IMG/VR virus record: IMGVR_UViG_3300035419_000202
Location: 17,596 to 81,595 of that record
From: a virus
Taxonomy: Duplodnaviria; Caudoviricetes
DNA length: 64,000 bases
Strand: one strand, 5' to 3'
Shown: in pieces, positions 1-10,207 of the stretch
Layout: each line of letters opens with the position of its first letter
Position numbering within the stretch: the stretch's first letter is position 1
Notes under the pieces: generated by a model
Seen by the model: the letters and a program-made list of their open reading frames with translations, nothing else
Databases searched by the model: none
Told to the model about the DNA's origin: nothing
Translations under genes and position numbers: made by a program

Positions 1-1
1 T

Positions 2-1033
2 AACGGTTTTACTATTAGGAATACTAGAGCAGGTGATGATTTTAATATTCTTGTACGTGGCGCAAATGATGTACTTGACCAAACAAGTGCGTTAGTAATA
101 AAACCAACAACAAAACGTATAGGATTATTTAATGCAAATCCTGCTTATAATTTAGATGTTACAGGCGATGTACGTATCACTGGTAATTTAACAGTCGAAG
201 GCGACAGTTTTGTAACTGAAGCAGAAACACTACAAATAGCAGATAAAAACATTGAGTTGGCTGTAGTTGATAGTCCAACTAATTTAACATGTGACCAAGG
301 CGGCATTACACTTAAAGGTACTACTGATAAAACATTCCAATGGTTAAATTTAACAAGTTCATGGACAAGTAGCGAACACTTAGATCTAGCATCAGGAAAA
401 AGTTATAAAGTCAATAATGCTGATGTATTGTCAGCAACTACAATTGGCACTGGAGTAATTAACAGTAGCCTAAGAAACCTTGGCGTACTTGAAACACTAA
501 ACATTGGTACAGGCGGCACAGCAAGTGTAAACATATCTAATGCAGGTGTAATTACAAGACCAGGCCCAGGCTCAGGATTGTCAATTAACGTTGGCGGCGA
601 TGTTGATTTAAACAGTAACAAAATTACAAACTTATTAACTCCAACAGCAGACGGTGACGGTGTTAACAAAGTATATGCTGATCAAACTGTACAAACAGAA
701 CCATTAGTGATGTCACTAGATGTTACAGGCATGGTTAGTATCAACGATGAAATTATTACAATATTACAAAGTCTGTACCCTGCAACAACGTTTGCTAACG
801 GCAAAGAAGCAAGAATTGCTACAACGTCTTATGCAGGACAAACAACAGACCCAATTGATATTGCAACACCTACTACAACAACTGAAGTTGATGTTAATGC
901 AGCCGCAGGCGGTGTAGTAAGTGTAATACAGGGCATAAGTTTACCTAACTCTTTAACTCCGACGTTTACGTTAAGCGTTACAAGAGGGCAAAGAAACTTT
1001 ATAATTACTAATGGAGCGTGGGTTGCAAATTAG
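2..1033 (+). CDS. Tail fibre/baseplate-type virion protein, 5' truncated by the window edge
   Basis: Frame is open from nt 2 (NGFTIRNTRAGDD...LDVTGDVRITGNLTVEG), upstream of the ORF-track start at 257; Gly/Thr/Asn-rich beta-strand repeats typical of phage fibres. Confidence 0.7.
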   Translation, partial: NGFTIRNTRAGDDFNILVRGANDVLDQTSALVIKPTTKRIGLFNANPAYNLDVTGDVRITGNLTVEGDSFVTEAETLQIADKNIELAVVDSPTNLTCDQGGITLKGTTDKTFQWLNLTSSWTSSEHLDLASGKSYKVNNADVLSATTIGTGVINSSLRNLGVLETLNIGTGGTASVNISNAGVITRPGPGSGLSINVGGDVDLNSNKITNLLTPTADGDGVNKVYADQTVQTEPLVMSLDVTGMVSINDEIITILQSLYPATTFANGKEARIATTSYAGQTTDPIDIATPTTTTEVDVNAAAGGVVSVIQGISLPNSLTPTFTLSVTRGQRNFIITNGAWVAN

Positions 1034-1041
1034 TATAAATA
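1034..1041 (+). promoter_or_regulatory. T4-type late promoter TATAAATA
   Basis: Exact TATAAATA right after the stop codon, 36 nt upstream of a structural gene. Confidence 0.7.
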
Positions 1042-1077
1042 CAACGTGTAAACACAGGATTATATAGGACAAAAAAA

Positions 1078-2577
1078 ATGGCGTATCAAATAGATAGATT
1101 TAATAAGAGCCCCTTAACAACAGTGGAGGATGGTACTCTTGACGAAACTACAGATATTAAATTTGTAGGAAAAAATTATGCAGGATATGGAGAAATACAT
1201 AACGAAAACTTCTTATTCTTGCTAGAAAACTTTGCAGGTGCTAATCAACCACCTAAACCAGTAAGCGGTCAACTTTGGTTTGACAGCGGTTCGGATAGAA
1301 TGAAGTTTAGAGATGGCAACCAAAACTGGCGAACAGTAGGCGGTGCAGAAGTTTCCGGAGCTCAACCAGCAGGGTTAGCAGAAGGTGATTTTTGGTGGGA
1401 TAGTGCTAACGAACAACTTTACGTTTACAACGGTGCCAATTTTGTCCTAATTGGGCCACAAGACGCAGGTGAAGGCCAAACAGCAATGGTTAGTCGTACT
1501 GTACTTGATAATACAAGCCCATCGGGCATTTCAAGAAGTATTATTACAGCAACAGTAAATGATTCTGTACAGTTTATTATATCACCAACAGCATTTACAC
1601 TGGGCTCAGGCGCAGATAATGAAATAAACGGATTTAGTGATATTAAACAAGGTGTTACATTAAGAGACACGCCAGCTTCGGGTGTAACAAGTACAGCATT
1701 TAGATTCCATGGTACAGCAACAAACGCTGAAAAATTAGGAGGGTTAAGTGCTGCAGATTTTGTACAGGGCGGAACACCAAGTTTTTCAACTCAATTAGAT
1801 CTAACAGCAGGTTTAGTGACACATAGTAATTTTTACTTTACAATGCGTCCAGATAACCAAACTGGTTTAATTAAAAACACAAGTGCAAACGCAAACCAAA
1901 TTGATTTTGAATTAAAAGCACCTTCCACAGGTACACTTACACATTCTGTTGCAATTACATCAGAAGGTATTATGCCAGGTGGTGCTACTACTGATCTTAA
2001 ATTAGGTAAAGACGGTAATGCATGGGACGAAGTACATGCTACAGCATTTAAAGGTATAGCAGATAGTGCAAACGAATTAAGAATTGGCACATCAGGTAGC
2101 TCATACACATATGCTACTGCATCAAATGTAGGCGGAACTATTGCTGTAAGAGAACAAGACGGTTCTAATACAAAACTAGTTGCAGACATTTTCCAAGGTA
2201 TAGCAACACAAGCACAGTTTGCTGACTTGGCAGAAAAATATACAGTAGAAAAAGATCATCCTGTAGGTACAGTTATGTATGTAAGTACAGCAGGCGAATA
2301 TGAAATTGCACCATGCTTATTGGATAGTTATCCAGTAGGTGTTATATCTGAAAAACCAGCATACTTAATGAATGCAGAAGCAGACGGTCAAGCAATAGCA
2401 CTTGAAGGTCGTGTTCCAGTAAGATGTATTGGTGAAGTACGTAAAGGCGATAGAGTTTACGTAGACGCTGAAGGGTGTGCAAGTACAAAATTTGACGGTA
2501 ATCCTTTAGTTGGTGTAGCACTTGAAAGCAACTTAGACGAACAAGAAAAATTAGTAGAGTGTATATTAAAACTTTAG
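1078..2577 (+). CDS. Baseplate/tail-fibre structural protein, 499 aa
   Basis: N-terminal MAYQIDRF...GKNYAGYGE...NENF..LLENFA...GQLWFD and C-terminal ADLAEKY...GRVPV domain, both characteristic of large-myovirus tail proteins. Confidence 0.65.
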   Translation: MAYQIDRFNKSPLTTVEDGTLDETTDIKFVGKNYAGYGEIHNENFLFLLENFAGANQPPKPVSGQLWFDSGSDRMKFRDGNQNWRTVGGAEVSGAQPAGLAEGDFWWDSANEQLYVYNGANFVLIGPQDAGEGQTAMVSRTVLDNTSPSGISRSIITATVNDSVQFIISPTAFTLGSGADNEINGFSDIKQGVTLRDTPASGVTSTAFRFHGTATNAEKLGGLSAADFVQGGTPSFSTQLDLTAGLVTHSNFYFTMRPDNQTGLIKNTSANANQIDFELKAPSTGTLTHSVAITSEGIMPGGATTDLKLGKDGNAWDEVHATAFKGIADSANELRIGTSGSSYTYATASNVGGTIAVREQDGSNTKLVADIFQGIATQAQFADLAEKYTVEKDHPVGTVMYVSTAGEYEIAPCLLDSYPVGVISEKPAYLMNAEADGQAIALEGRVPVRCIGEVRKGDRVYVDAEGCASTKFDGNPLVGVALESNLDEQEKLVECILKL

Positions 2578-2587
2578 GAGATAACTT

Positions 2588-3601
2588 ATGCCGGCTGTTA
2601 CAGACCTAGTCAACTCATCCGTATACAATTCGATTAGAAGCACAGTAAACAACGTGTTAGGTGTTGGCGATGGCGCACAAACAGGCTATGGCAGAACATT
2701 AGAAAGTGAGTCAAAAGCAGATAATGATATTATATATGCTGCTGATATGCAAAAACTTTTTAACGATTTAGTTAAAGCAAGAACACACCAAAAAGGTAAT
2801 CCTCCAACATGGACAAATGCAGACGGACTTGCAGCTCCATCAATAGGAGAAATTGTTGGTGTATATGCTGCAGATGTAGGTCCAGGCGGAACAAGTGCAG
2901 ATGCAACAAACGATCAAGCAGAAGGATTTGCTGACTTTGAAGCAGCCGCACAGAATGTTCTAGATGACAGAGACGTATTTGATATATCACAGTTTTCAAC
3001 TACAATCGAAGATACAAACACAAGACAATCAAGTTGGAATGGCGAGATTGATCATACAGTAACAGTTACTTGGCAAAATGCCGATGAAAGAAGATACTTT
3101 TTTAATACTGGCGGAACAATTAAATTTAATGCTTCACTAACAGGTGGTACAAGTGTACCAGGTGATGTAACAACAACACCTCCAGGAACAAAAGACGAAA
3201 TATGGCAAACAATGTTAGGTACAATGGGTACTGTAAGATTTGCAAAAGGTATAACAGCATCAGATGGTTCCAATCCTGGCACAGGTACAGCGATTGGTAA
3301 TTATCATGATTGGTCAGGATCAAGTTCCTCAAGTCCAGTAAGAATTTTTACAAAAACTGGCTCCGGGTTGTATGCAGAAAACGAATACTATATTGATGCT
3401 TGGGAAACAGCGTCTAACAGTTTAAGATTTAAAATTGTATTTGTAGATAATGACATTGGTGACGAAGTTAGTGATCCTGCTTCATCAGGTCCTGAAGACG
3501 AGGATGTCACAGGGGTAACTGAAAGTACAGTTTCTTTTGTATATGCTAGTGGAGCGTTAGCAATTCCTAAACCGTCCTTAACAGTCAATTCAAATCTATA
3601 A
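2588..3601 (+). CDS. Virion structural protein, paralog of the N-terminal part of 3626..7114
   Basis: AGGAG RBS; shares blocks such as VLG.GDGAQ.GYG, NADGLAAPS and RRYFFNTGG with the next ORF. Confidence 0.6.
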   Translation: MPAVTDLVNSSVYNSIRSTVNNVLGVGDGAQTGYGRTLESESKADNDIIYAADMQKLFNDLVKARTHQKGNPPTWTNADGLAAPSIGEIVGVYAADVGPGGTSADATNDQAEGFADFEAAAQNVLDDRDVFDISQFSTTIEDTNTRQSSWNGEIDHTVTVTWQNADERRYFFNTGGTIKFNASLTGGTSVPGDVTTTPPGTKDEIWQTMLGTMGTVRFAKGITASDGSNPGTGTAIGNYHDWSGSSSSSPVRIFTKTGSGLYAENEYYIDAWETASNSLRFKIVFVDNDIGDEVSDPASSGPEDEDVTGVTESTVSFVYASGALAIPKPSLTVNSNL

Positions 3602-3604
3602 GTA
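3597..3604 (+). promoter_or_regulatory. Late-promoter variant TATAAGTA
   Basis: One mismatch to TATAAATA; overlaps the upstream stop codon, 21 nt before the 1162-aa gene. Confidence 0.5.
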
Positions 3605-3625
3605 CATACATAAGAGGAAACAGGA

Positions 3626-6600
3626 ATGGCTGTAGTTGGAACAAATGTTACCGCGGCAAATTATAATACAATCCAAGGTAAGATAGATGACGTTTTAGGT
3701 GCTGGAGACGGAGCACAAAACGGTTACGGCCAATCTTTACAAAGTTCACAAAAAAGCGCAGGCGATGTAATTGCTGCAACAGATATGCAACAGTTATACA
3801 ACGACCTTATCAAAGCAAGATTACATCAAACAAATCCAGTAACATGGTCCAATGCTGACGGACTTGCTGCACCAAGTGCGGCTGAAAATGTCGGTGCAAG
3901 TGCCGCAGACATTGGAGACGAAACTCCTCTAACTATTTTCTCACTTGTTGCGTCAACAGAATATATGATTGTTGATACAGGTGATTCTGATTTTACATTA
4001 ATAGGTGCTTCTGCTAACGAAGCAGGAATAAAATTTACAGCAACAGGACCAGGAACTGGTACAGGTATTGCAAAACTTTCACCTACAAGTGCTAACGCAG
4101 AAGACGATCAAGCAGAGGGATATTTAGACTTTGAAGCAGCGGCAGATGAAATTGTAGCAGATATAAATCAACATGATGCTGATAACTTTACAATATCAAC
4201 AGTAACCAGCACACGTACTAATCCGTGGGGCGGCGGCGACTTTGCTAGTCCTGGTTCTAAAATTACCAACGAAGTAGAAATTACTTGGCTTAATTCTGAT
4301 CAAAGAAGATACTTCTTTAACACAGGCGGTGAAATAAGATTTAATGCTGACCTTACAGGTGCTGTAACAGCAAATTCAAAAGAAGATAATTGGAACACTG
4401 TATTAGCCAACATGGGTACAATTACATTTGGTAAAAGCGCAACAACAGCAGATGGTTCGAGTCCAGGATCTGGTTCAGCAATTGGTAATTATTATGCAGA
4501 TTGGAATCTAACAAGTTCGAGTAATAGAGCGGTAATATATATAAAAAATGGCTCAGGCATATATGCTGACATTCAATATAGAATTGAAGCATGGGAAGTT
4601 GCTGCCGGTAATGCAACCACACCAAGCACACTAAGATTTAGAATAGAATTTCAAGATAACGATTACAGTAGTAGTCCTAGTGATGTAGATGAATATATCG
4701 ATAATGACATCGAAAGCAATGTAAAAATTTATCATGATACAGTTTTAGGAATACCAGCACCGTCACTCACAACAATTACAGCATTAGATGACGGCATACA
4801 AAATTCTGTTTCTGCTAACTTAACAAGAAATCCAGCAACAGGGTCTATTGACGAAGGCGAATCTGTAACGTTTACATTAAGTGTAAATCCTTCAGCTAAT
4901 GGCACTACAATAGATTATACATTGAGTGGTGTAGGTATAAGTGTTGGTGATCTTGACAATAGTCAAGGCATGGGCGGTGTATTTACTATTAATAATGGTA
5001 TAGGAAGTGTAACTATAACTGCAAAGAATGACGAAACTTCAGAAGGAGCAGAAACATTGACTTGTAGTGTTCCTGCATTTGGATTGCAACAAAGTATACA
5101 AATAAATGATACTAGTACTTCACCATCACCACCTGTGGTTAACACATACAATATAACAGGACCATCAAGTATTAATGAAGGAAGCACAGGCACCTATAAC
5201 GTAACAACCAACGACAATGATGGCACATATTATTACTCAGTAAGTCCGACAGGTGTAATGACCACAAACAATGGAAGTTTCAGTGTTACAGGCGGCAATG
5301 GATCATTCAATCTCACAGCAGCTAATGATGCTGTAGTTGGAGATAACGAAACTATCACAGTATCATTTAGAACAGGTGGAGTAGGTGGAACAATAGTAGA
5401 TAGTATGAGTACATCTATTGTAGATACTACTGTGCCTGCAAGAACGGAAAATTTATATGCAATAGAATATTATGCTCTTGCAGACCTTGATGCCGGAGGA
5501 ATGGGTAATGACGCATTTCAAACTTACGGAACGACCCAAAACAGGACAAGAATAGTTTCTGCAAATTCAGTCAGTCGTCCATCATTGCAAAATATTAGTG
5601 AAACAAGATACTATGGCGGCTTTGACACTGGCTATACGTGGGCTAAACAAGCTAACGACAATAGAATTGATATTGCTGTAGTTGGCGGCGGAGGCGGCGG
5701 CGCAGGTGTTTCAGTAGATAGTAGTAGAGAAGGCCCTGCAAGTGGCGGCGGCGCCGGCGGCGTTGCATTTAAGACACTACTGGACGGGAATATTCCAAAT
5801 ACAGCAAATATAATTGTTGGCAGAGGCGGAGATGGCTCACGCCAAGAAGGCGGGTCTAATGATTACAACTTAGGTCGCGCTGGAGGTATAAGCACTTTTT
5901 CATATAGCTCTACTATAGATAAGTATTCATTCACATTTGGTAAGGAAAGTTTTGTAATGCAAGGCACTAACTTACCATCTGTGTGGGTCTGGGAAGGCAA
6001 CGTAATTAGGACGGCAATTAACGATTTTGCTGGTTCTTTTGTTTACAACGGTGTTACGTATGAACGCGGCACTCAAGAAGCATCTTTTAATTGGGGAAGT
6101 AATCCCCTAGAACCAGAATTAGCTTTTTACTATAGAATAAAAAGAGCTGGAGGAACAATAGATGCCGGTCCTGGCCAAAACAGCGGCTTTTTTGGCGTCA
6201 CCGATATCTCAGGCGTAGGAGGGCTTGGTGGTCCTGCATCTGGCGGAGATTCAAACTTTGTAGGTGCTGCGGGTCTTAATACTTTAACTAATTTTAATAC
6301 TCTTCGATCAAGCACTGGCGGAACCATAAGCACAGGAGATGGTATTCAAGCAAACTTACCTGACGGTGATACACTTCCTGCTAGTGGTACTTTGGCAGAT
6401 GAAAACGTAGGTAACAGAGTAAAAGAAGGCGCTAGAACAAACATCAGCGCCAACAAGATACTATTACAATATCTAGAAGTGCAAGGCGGCACTGCGGCTT
6501 GCCAAATACCTAATTACGGAACCTACTGTAACGGTTTAGGAGTTGGTGCAGGAGGCGGAGGTATGTCTCAGCGTCAACAACCGTCTAGAGGCGGCGCAGG

Positions 6601-7114
6601 TCATCCTGGGGTAGTTGCTATAGCAAGATATAGTTCTACAGAACCTGCAAAATCGATAAACATTTATACAGCAAACGGTGTTGTAGGCATAACAACCTCT
6701 TTTCCAACAGTCTATGGTGCAGGCTGGAACGGTTCAACTATAGGCACAAATACAAATAATTTTACTACTACTAGCGGCAGTCATTCATTAGTAAGTGCAG
6801 TTATAACCAGGATCGTATCAGCTCCTACAGGCACAACGAATATGAGTGGTATCATGTTTTTTGTGGAATTCAAGTTAAGTGGCAATGTACCGTTTGAAAG
6901 ATTACACAGCGTTGATGTTTCACAAGGTACTAACAGAAATATTACTTTTGTAAAAACACAGCGATCAGCAAGAGGTTTCGATGGAACAAACACTACATTT
7001 ACTCTTAGTACGCAAGACGGGCTACCACCATTAGTAACGTCGGATGACAGTAACGGATTTATTTGGGTTTTGAATCAGGGCAACTGGAATTTTACACTAA
7101 GGACTTTTGAATAA
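3626..7114 (+). CDS. Large tail-fibre/adhesin-like virion protein, 1162 aa
   Basis: N-terminal domain paralogous to 2588..3601; two Ig/Calx-beta-like repeats (SIDEGESVTFTL, SINEGSTGTYNV); Gly-rich domain (VVGGGGGGAG...GGGAGGVA). Confidence 0.65.
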   Translation: MAVVGTNVTAANYNTIQGKIDDVLGAGDGAQNGYGQSLQSSQKSAGDVIAATDMQQLYNDLIKARLHQTNPVTWSNADGLAAPSAAENVGASAADIGDETPLTIFSLVASTEYMIVDTGDSDFTLIGASANEAGIKFTATGPGTGTGIAKLSPTSANAEDDQAEGYLDFEAAADEIVADINQHDADNFTISTVTSTRTNPWGGGDFASPGSKITNEVEITWLNSDQRRYFFNTGGEIRFNADLTGAVTANSKEDNWNTVLANMGTITFGKSATTADGSSPGSGSAIGNYYADWNLTSSSNRAVIYIKNGSGIYADIQYRIEAWEVAAGNATTPSTLRFRIEFQDNDYSSSPSDVDEYIDNDIESNVKIYHDTVLGIPAPSLTTITALDDGIQNSVSANLTRNPATGSIDEGESVTFTLSVNPSANGTTIDYTLSGVGISVGDLDNSQGMGGVFTINNGIGSVTITAKNDETSEGAETLTCSVPAFGLQQSIQINDTSTSPSPPVVNTYNITGPSSINEGSTGTYNVTTNDNDGTYYYSVSPTGVMTTNNGSFSVTGGNGSFNLTAANDAVVGDNETITVSFRTGGVGGTIVDSMSTSIVDTTVPARTENLYAIEYYALADLDAGGMGNDAFQTYGTTQNRTRIVSANSVSRPSLQNISETRYYGGFDTGYTWAKQANDNRIDIAVVGGGGGGAGVSVDSSREGPASGGGAGGVAFKTLLDGNIPNTANIIVGRGGDGSRQEGGSNDYNLGRAGGISTFSYSSTIDKYSFTFGKESFVMQGTNLPSVWVWEGNVIRTAINDFAGSFVYNGVTYERGTQEASFNWGSNPLEPELAFYYRIKRAGGTIDAGPGQNSGFFGVTDISGVGGLGGPASGGDSNFVGAAGLNTLTNFNTLRSSTGGTISTGDGIQANLPDGDTLPASGTLADENVGNRVKEGARTNISANKILLQYLEVQGGTAACQIPNYGTYCNGLGVGAGGGGMSQRQQPSRGGAGHPGVVAIARYSSTEPAKSINIYTANGVVGITTSFPTVYGAGWNGSTIGTNTNNFTTTSGSHSLVSAVITRIVSAPTGTTNMSGIMFFVEFKLSGNVPFERLHSVDVSQGTNRNITFVKTQRSARGFDGTNTTFTLSTQDGLPPLVTSDDSNGFIWVLNQGNWNFTLRTFE

Positions 7115-7584
7115 TGGCTACGTATTTTATAAATGAAGTATACGAGTTGTCAGAAGAATTTGTTGACGAATTACACAACGAGTTAGCTTTAGAATTTAGT
7201 AAACACAATCCACATTGTGATCTAAAAAATGCTTTAAGCACATTATACACTGATGTGTTTACATATTTTTTACTTACAATAGATAATAAACCAGTATCAC
7301 TTGTTATAGGTATAGCAGAAGGTGATCAGTTTACTATAGGTGAAATACATAGCATTGCTTATAATGGCTCTAGAGATTACTTGTATGAATCTACATATTT
7401 TGATACATTAAATAATGCATTAATTGAAAGAGGTTTTACCAGTAAAAAATTTATTACCTCTAAAACAGCTAGAGACGATAATTGGATAAGACGTACTTGT
7501 ACTGAACATCCACTTGCTGACAGTTATGCTCCAACGTTAGAAGAAACTGAAACTCATTCAATTTGGACTTGGTCTTTTTCTTGA
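7114..7584 (+). CDS. Hypothetical protein, 156 aa
   Basis: TAATG-coupled to the fibre gene; no recognisable motif. Confidence 0.55.
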   Translation: MATYFINEVYELSEEFVDELHNELALEFSKHNPHCDLKNALSTLYTDVFTYFLLTIDNKPVSLVIGIAEGDQFTIGEIHSIAYNGSRDYLYESTYFDTLNNALIERGFTSKKFITSKTARDDNWIRRTCTEHPLADSYAPTLEETETHSIWTWSFS

Positions 7585-7609
7585 CATTTGACTCCTAAGA
7601 GTGTATAAT
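7581..7609 (+). promoter_or_regulatory. sigma70-type promoter
   Basis: TTGACA (7581) - 17 nt - TATAAT (7604), perfect consensus, at the head of the enzyme cluster. Confidence 0.85.
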
Positions 7610-7635
7610 TACTATTATACCTTTGGAGATGTTGT

Positions 7636-7983
7636 ATGGACGAAAAACTAGCAAAAGCACTTGAAGCAAGCAATCTGCTTGACACAATAAACCAACAAAA
7701 AAAGATACTACAGCAGCAATATGATGCTGATCTAATTCATTATGAAAACGGGTGTCAATTTACATCCAGCAAAGAACTAATCAGTTTTTGTCAAAGTTTA
7801 ACATCTCTCGAACAAGATCAAATTGTTCTTATAGATGACAATGGACTTCCGTCTTTAATAAAAGACTTATCTGCATTTACAAAAAACTTAGTAAACACAT
7901 ATGCAACAGCATCCAACAAATACTTTAATGAATACAACAAATTAAAAAAACAACGTTCTGTTGAAGGTATTTTTAATGACTAA
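7636..7983 (+). CDS. Hypothetical protein, 115 aa
   Basis: GGAG RBS; first gene after the sigma70 promoter. Confidence 0.7.
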   Translation: MDEKLAKALEASNLLDTINQQKKILQQQYDADLIHYENGCQFTSSKELISFCQSLTSLEQDQIVLIDDNGLPSLIKDLSAFTKNLVNTYATASNKYFNEYNKLKKQRSVEGIFND

Positions 7984-8806
7984 AGGTATTCTTGTTTTTG
8001 CACACAACAATGCTGAAATTGATTATGTAAAACAAGCGGCATTTCTTGCCGGTAGAGCAAAACAATATCTTAACTTACCAGTTAGTATTGTAACTGACGA
8101 ACAAAGCATAGGTGATAGATATAAAGATTGGTTTGATAAAATTATTATCAATGATATATCTCAGTCGTCAACTAAAAAACAATATTACAATGGTGCAAAA
8201 ACTCACAGTGTTTTAGAATTTAAAAATGATAATCGTTGCCTAGCATATGATCTTAGTCCGTATGACGAAACAATAATGTTAGATAGTGATTATGTTATAG
8301 CAGATGATATATTTAAAAACTGTTTTGATAGTGCATATGATTTTTTACTCTACAAAGATGCTATAGATATTTGTAGTCACAGAGAAACAAAAGAATTTAC
8401 ACATATTAGCGAAACAAGTGTGGACTTTTATTGGGCAACGTGTGTGTTTTTTAGAAAAACAAAATTAAACAAATGCTTCTTTGAATTAATACAGCATATA
8501 CAAGAATATTATCAGCACTATAGAAGTGTTTACAATATACAGTCAACAACATATCGTAATGATTTTGCATTCAGTATTGCAATTCATATAATGAATGGAT
8601 TTAAAAAAGGGGACTTTGCAAAAAGAATGCCTGGTAAGTTATTTTATACAGCAGATAGAGATATATTACACTCCATAGACGGAGATAAGTTTATCTTTCT
8701 CTTACAACGTACAGGCTCACTAGACAATTTTAACCCTTGTAAGTTTCAAGGCAACAGTGTGCATGTAATGAATAAGTACACGTTGGAGGATAATTTAAGT
8801 GCCTAA
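7976..8806 (+). CDS. GT-A fold glycosyltransferase (GT8-like)
   Basis: Probable start MTKGILVFAHN at 7976; PYDETIMLDSDY DxD motif; YWAT.VFF, RNDFAFSIA. Confidence 0.65.
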   Translation: MTKGILVFAHNNAEIDYVKQAAFLAGRAKQYLNLPVSIVTDEQSIGDRYKDWFDKIIINDISQSSTKKQYYNGAKTHSVLEFKNDNRCLAYDLSPYDETIMLDSDYVIADDIFKNCFDSAYDFLLYKDAIDICSHRETKEFTHISETSVDFYWATCVFFRKTKLNKCFFELIQHIQEYYQHYRSVYNIQSTTYRNDFAFSIAIHIMNGFKKGDFAKRMPGKLFYTADRDILHSIDGDKFIFLLQRTGSLDNFNPCKFQGNSVHVMNKYTLEDNLSA

Positions 8807-9635
8807 TTTTATACTAGTTGCTCAGAACACTCTAGAAGTAGATTATGTAAAACAAGCGTGTGCCCTTGCAATGAGCATACATGCAACTACACCTAATAGC
8901 AAAATTAGCATACTTACTGATGACGATGTACCTGTAAAGTACAAAAAATTGTTTGATAATATAATTGAAATACCATGGGGTGATCTAGCAAACAAATATG
9001 ATTGGAAAATACACAATAGATGGAAGACATATTTTGTTTCACCATACGAAGACGCAATAGTGTTAGACACAGATATGCTTGTACTTGAAGATATTACATC
9101 TTGGTATGAATATCTACAACAGCATGATGTGTTTTTAACGTCTACTGTTTATGATTACAGAGGCAATAAAATTACAGATACCTTTTATAGGAAAAATTTT
9201 GTAAAGCATAATTTGCCTAACACATATATGGGACTACATTACTTTAAGAAAAGTGATTTTGCACTAGAATTTTATACATGGTTAGATACTATTACAAACA
9301 ATTGGAAAGAATTTTATAAACTAGGCGGCGAAAAACCAATACAAAACTTTGCAAGCATGGATCTTACAGCGGCGATGACTGTAGATATACTTGATTGCAA
9401 ATCAAAAGTTACTAACGAAAAAGTAACTGTGCCTAGTTTTACTCATATGAAAGCCAACATACAGGGTTGGGAAGAGCTTAGAGAGAGTTGGCAGACTAAA
9501 GTTGGTACTTACTTTACTGACGAAGGTGAGTTGTATATTGGACAATATAAACAAAGCGGAATATTTCATTACACAGAAGATGATTTTTTAACTGATGATA
9601 TCATTCAAGTGTTAGAAAAAAGGATAGACTTATGA
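8799..9635 (+). CDS. GT-A fold glycosyltransferase (GT8-like), paralog of the upstream gene
   Basis: SPYEDAIVLDTDML DxD motif; DYVKQA shared with the upstream gene; C-terminal FHY. Confidence 0.65.
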   Translation: MPNFILVAQNTLEVDYVKQACALAMSIHATTPNSKISILTDDDVPVKYKKLFDNIIEIPWGDLANKYDWKIHNRWKTYFVSPYEDAIVLDTDMLVLEDITSWYEYLQQHDVFLTSTVYDYRGNKITDTFYRKNFVKHNLPNTYMGLHYFKKSDFALEFYTWLDTITNNWKEFYKLGGEKPIQNFASMDLTAAMTVDILDCKSKVTNEKVTVPSFTHMKANIQGWEELRESWQTKVGTYFTDEGELYIGQYKQSGIFHYTEDDFLTDDIIQVLEKRIDL

Positions 9636-10207
9636 TTGTTTTAGAAACACCTACATTTGAGATAATATACAAAGTATATTTTGATAAACAAACAGGCAAT
9701 ATTAAGTCTATTTCAAATGTAGAACAAGATATAGAAGACTTTTTTGTAGCAGATATCGAAGATGTTCGTCCTTTTTTAAAGGGAATTAAAGATATTACAA
9801 AACATAAAGTTATGTATGATGTAAAAACATCAGCATATGTAATAGTTGATAAGTTTAAAAAGATAGAGTCAGATGTAAATGACAACGTATACAAAATCTT
9901 ACCTCAAGATAATGCACAGGTAATTGTGTCTTATAACAAATCTAAAAATGTTTGGAATGTGTCTTTATCAGACAAAGCAATTAACGAATTATCTTCTAAA
10001 AAAGAGCGTATCGATCAACTGTTAAAGTTTAGTATCACCCAAAAGAATAACCCCAATATTTTGCATGAGTATTTTACCACAACTGTAAAAAAGTTGTTGG
10101 ATAATCCCCAGTCATTTGACAGCCAGAGTCGGTATGATTTTGACAAATTTAGTGTATATACTAATAGGAAGTTCCAAAAGTATTCGTGCGAGGTAGTTAA
10201 TGAATAA
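9632..10207 (+). CDS. Hypothetical protein, 191 aa
   Basis: ATGA-coupled ORF within the operon. Confidence 0.65.
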   Translation: MIVLETPTFEIIYKVYFDKQTGNIKSISNVEQDIEDFFVADIEDVRPFLKGIKDITKHKVMYDVKTSAYVIVDKFKKIESDVNDNVYKILPQDNAQVIVSYNKSKNVWNVSLSDKAINELSSKKERIDQLLKFSITQKNNPNILHEYFTTTVKKLLDNPQSFDSQSRYDFDKFSVYTNRKFQKYSCEVVNE

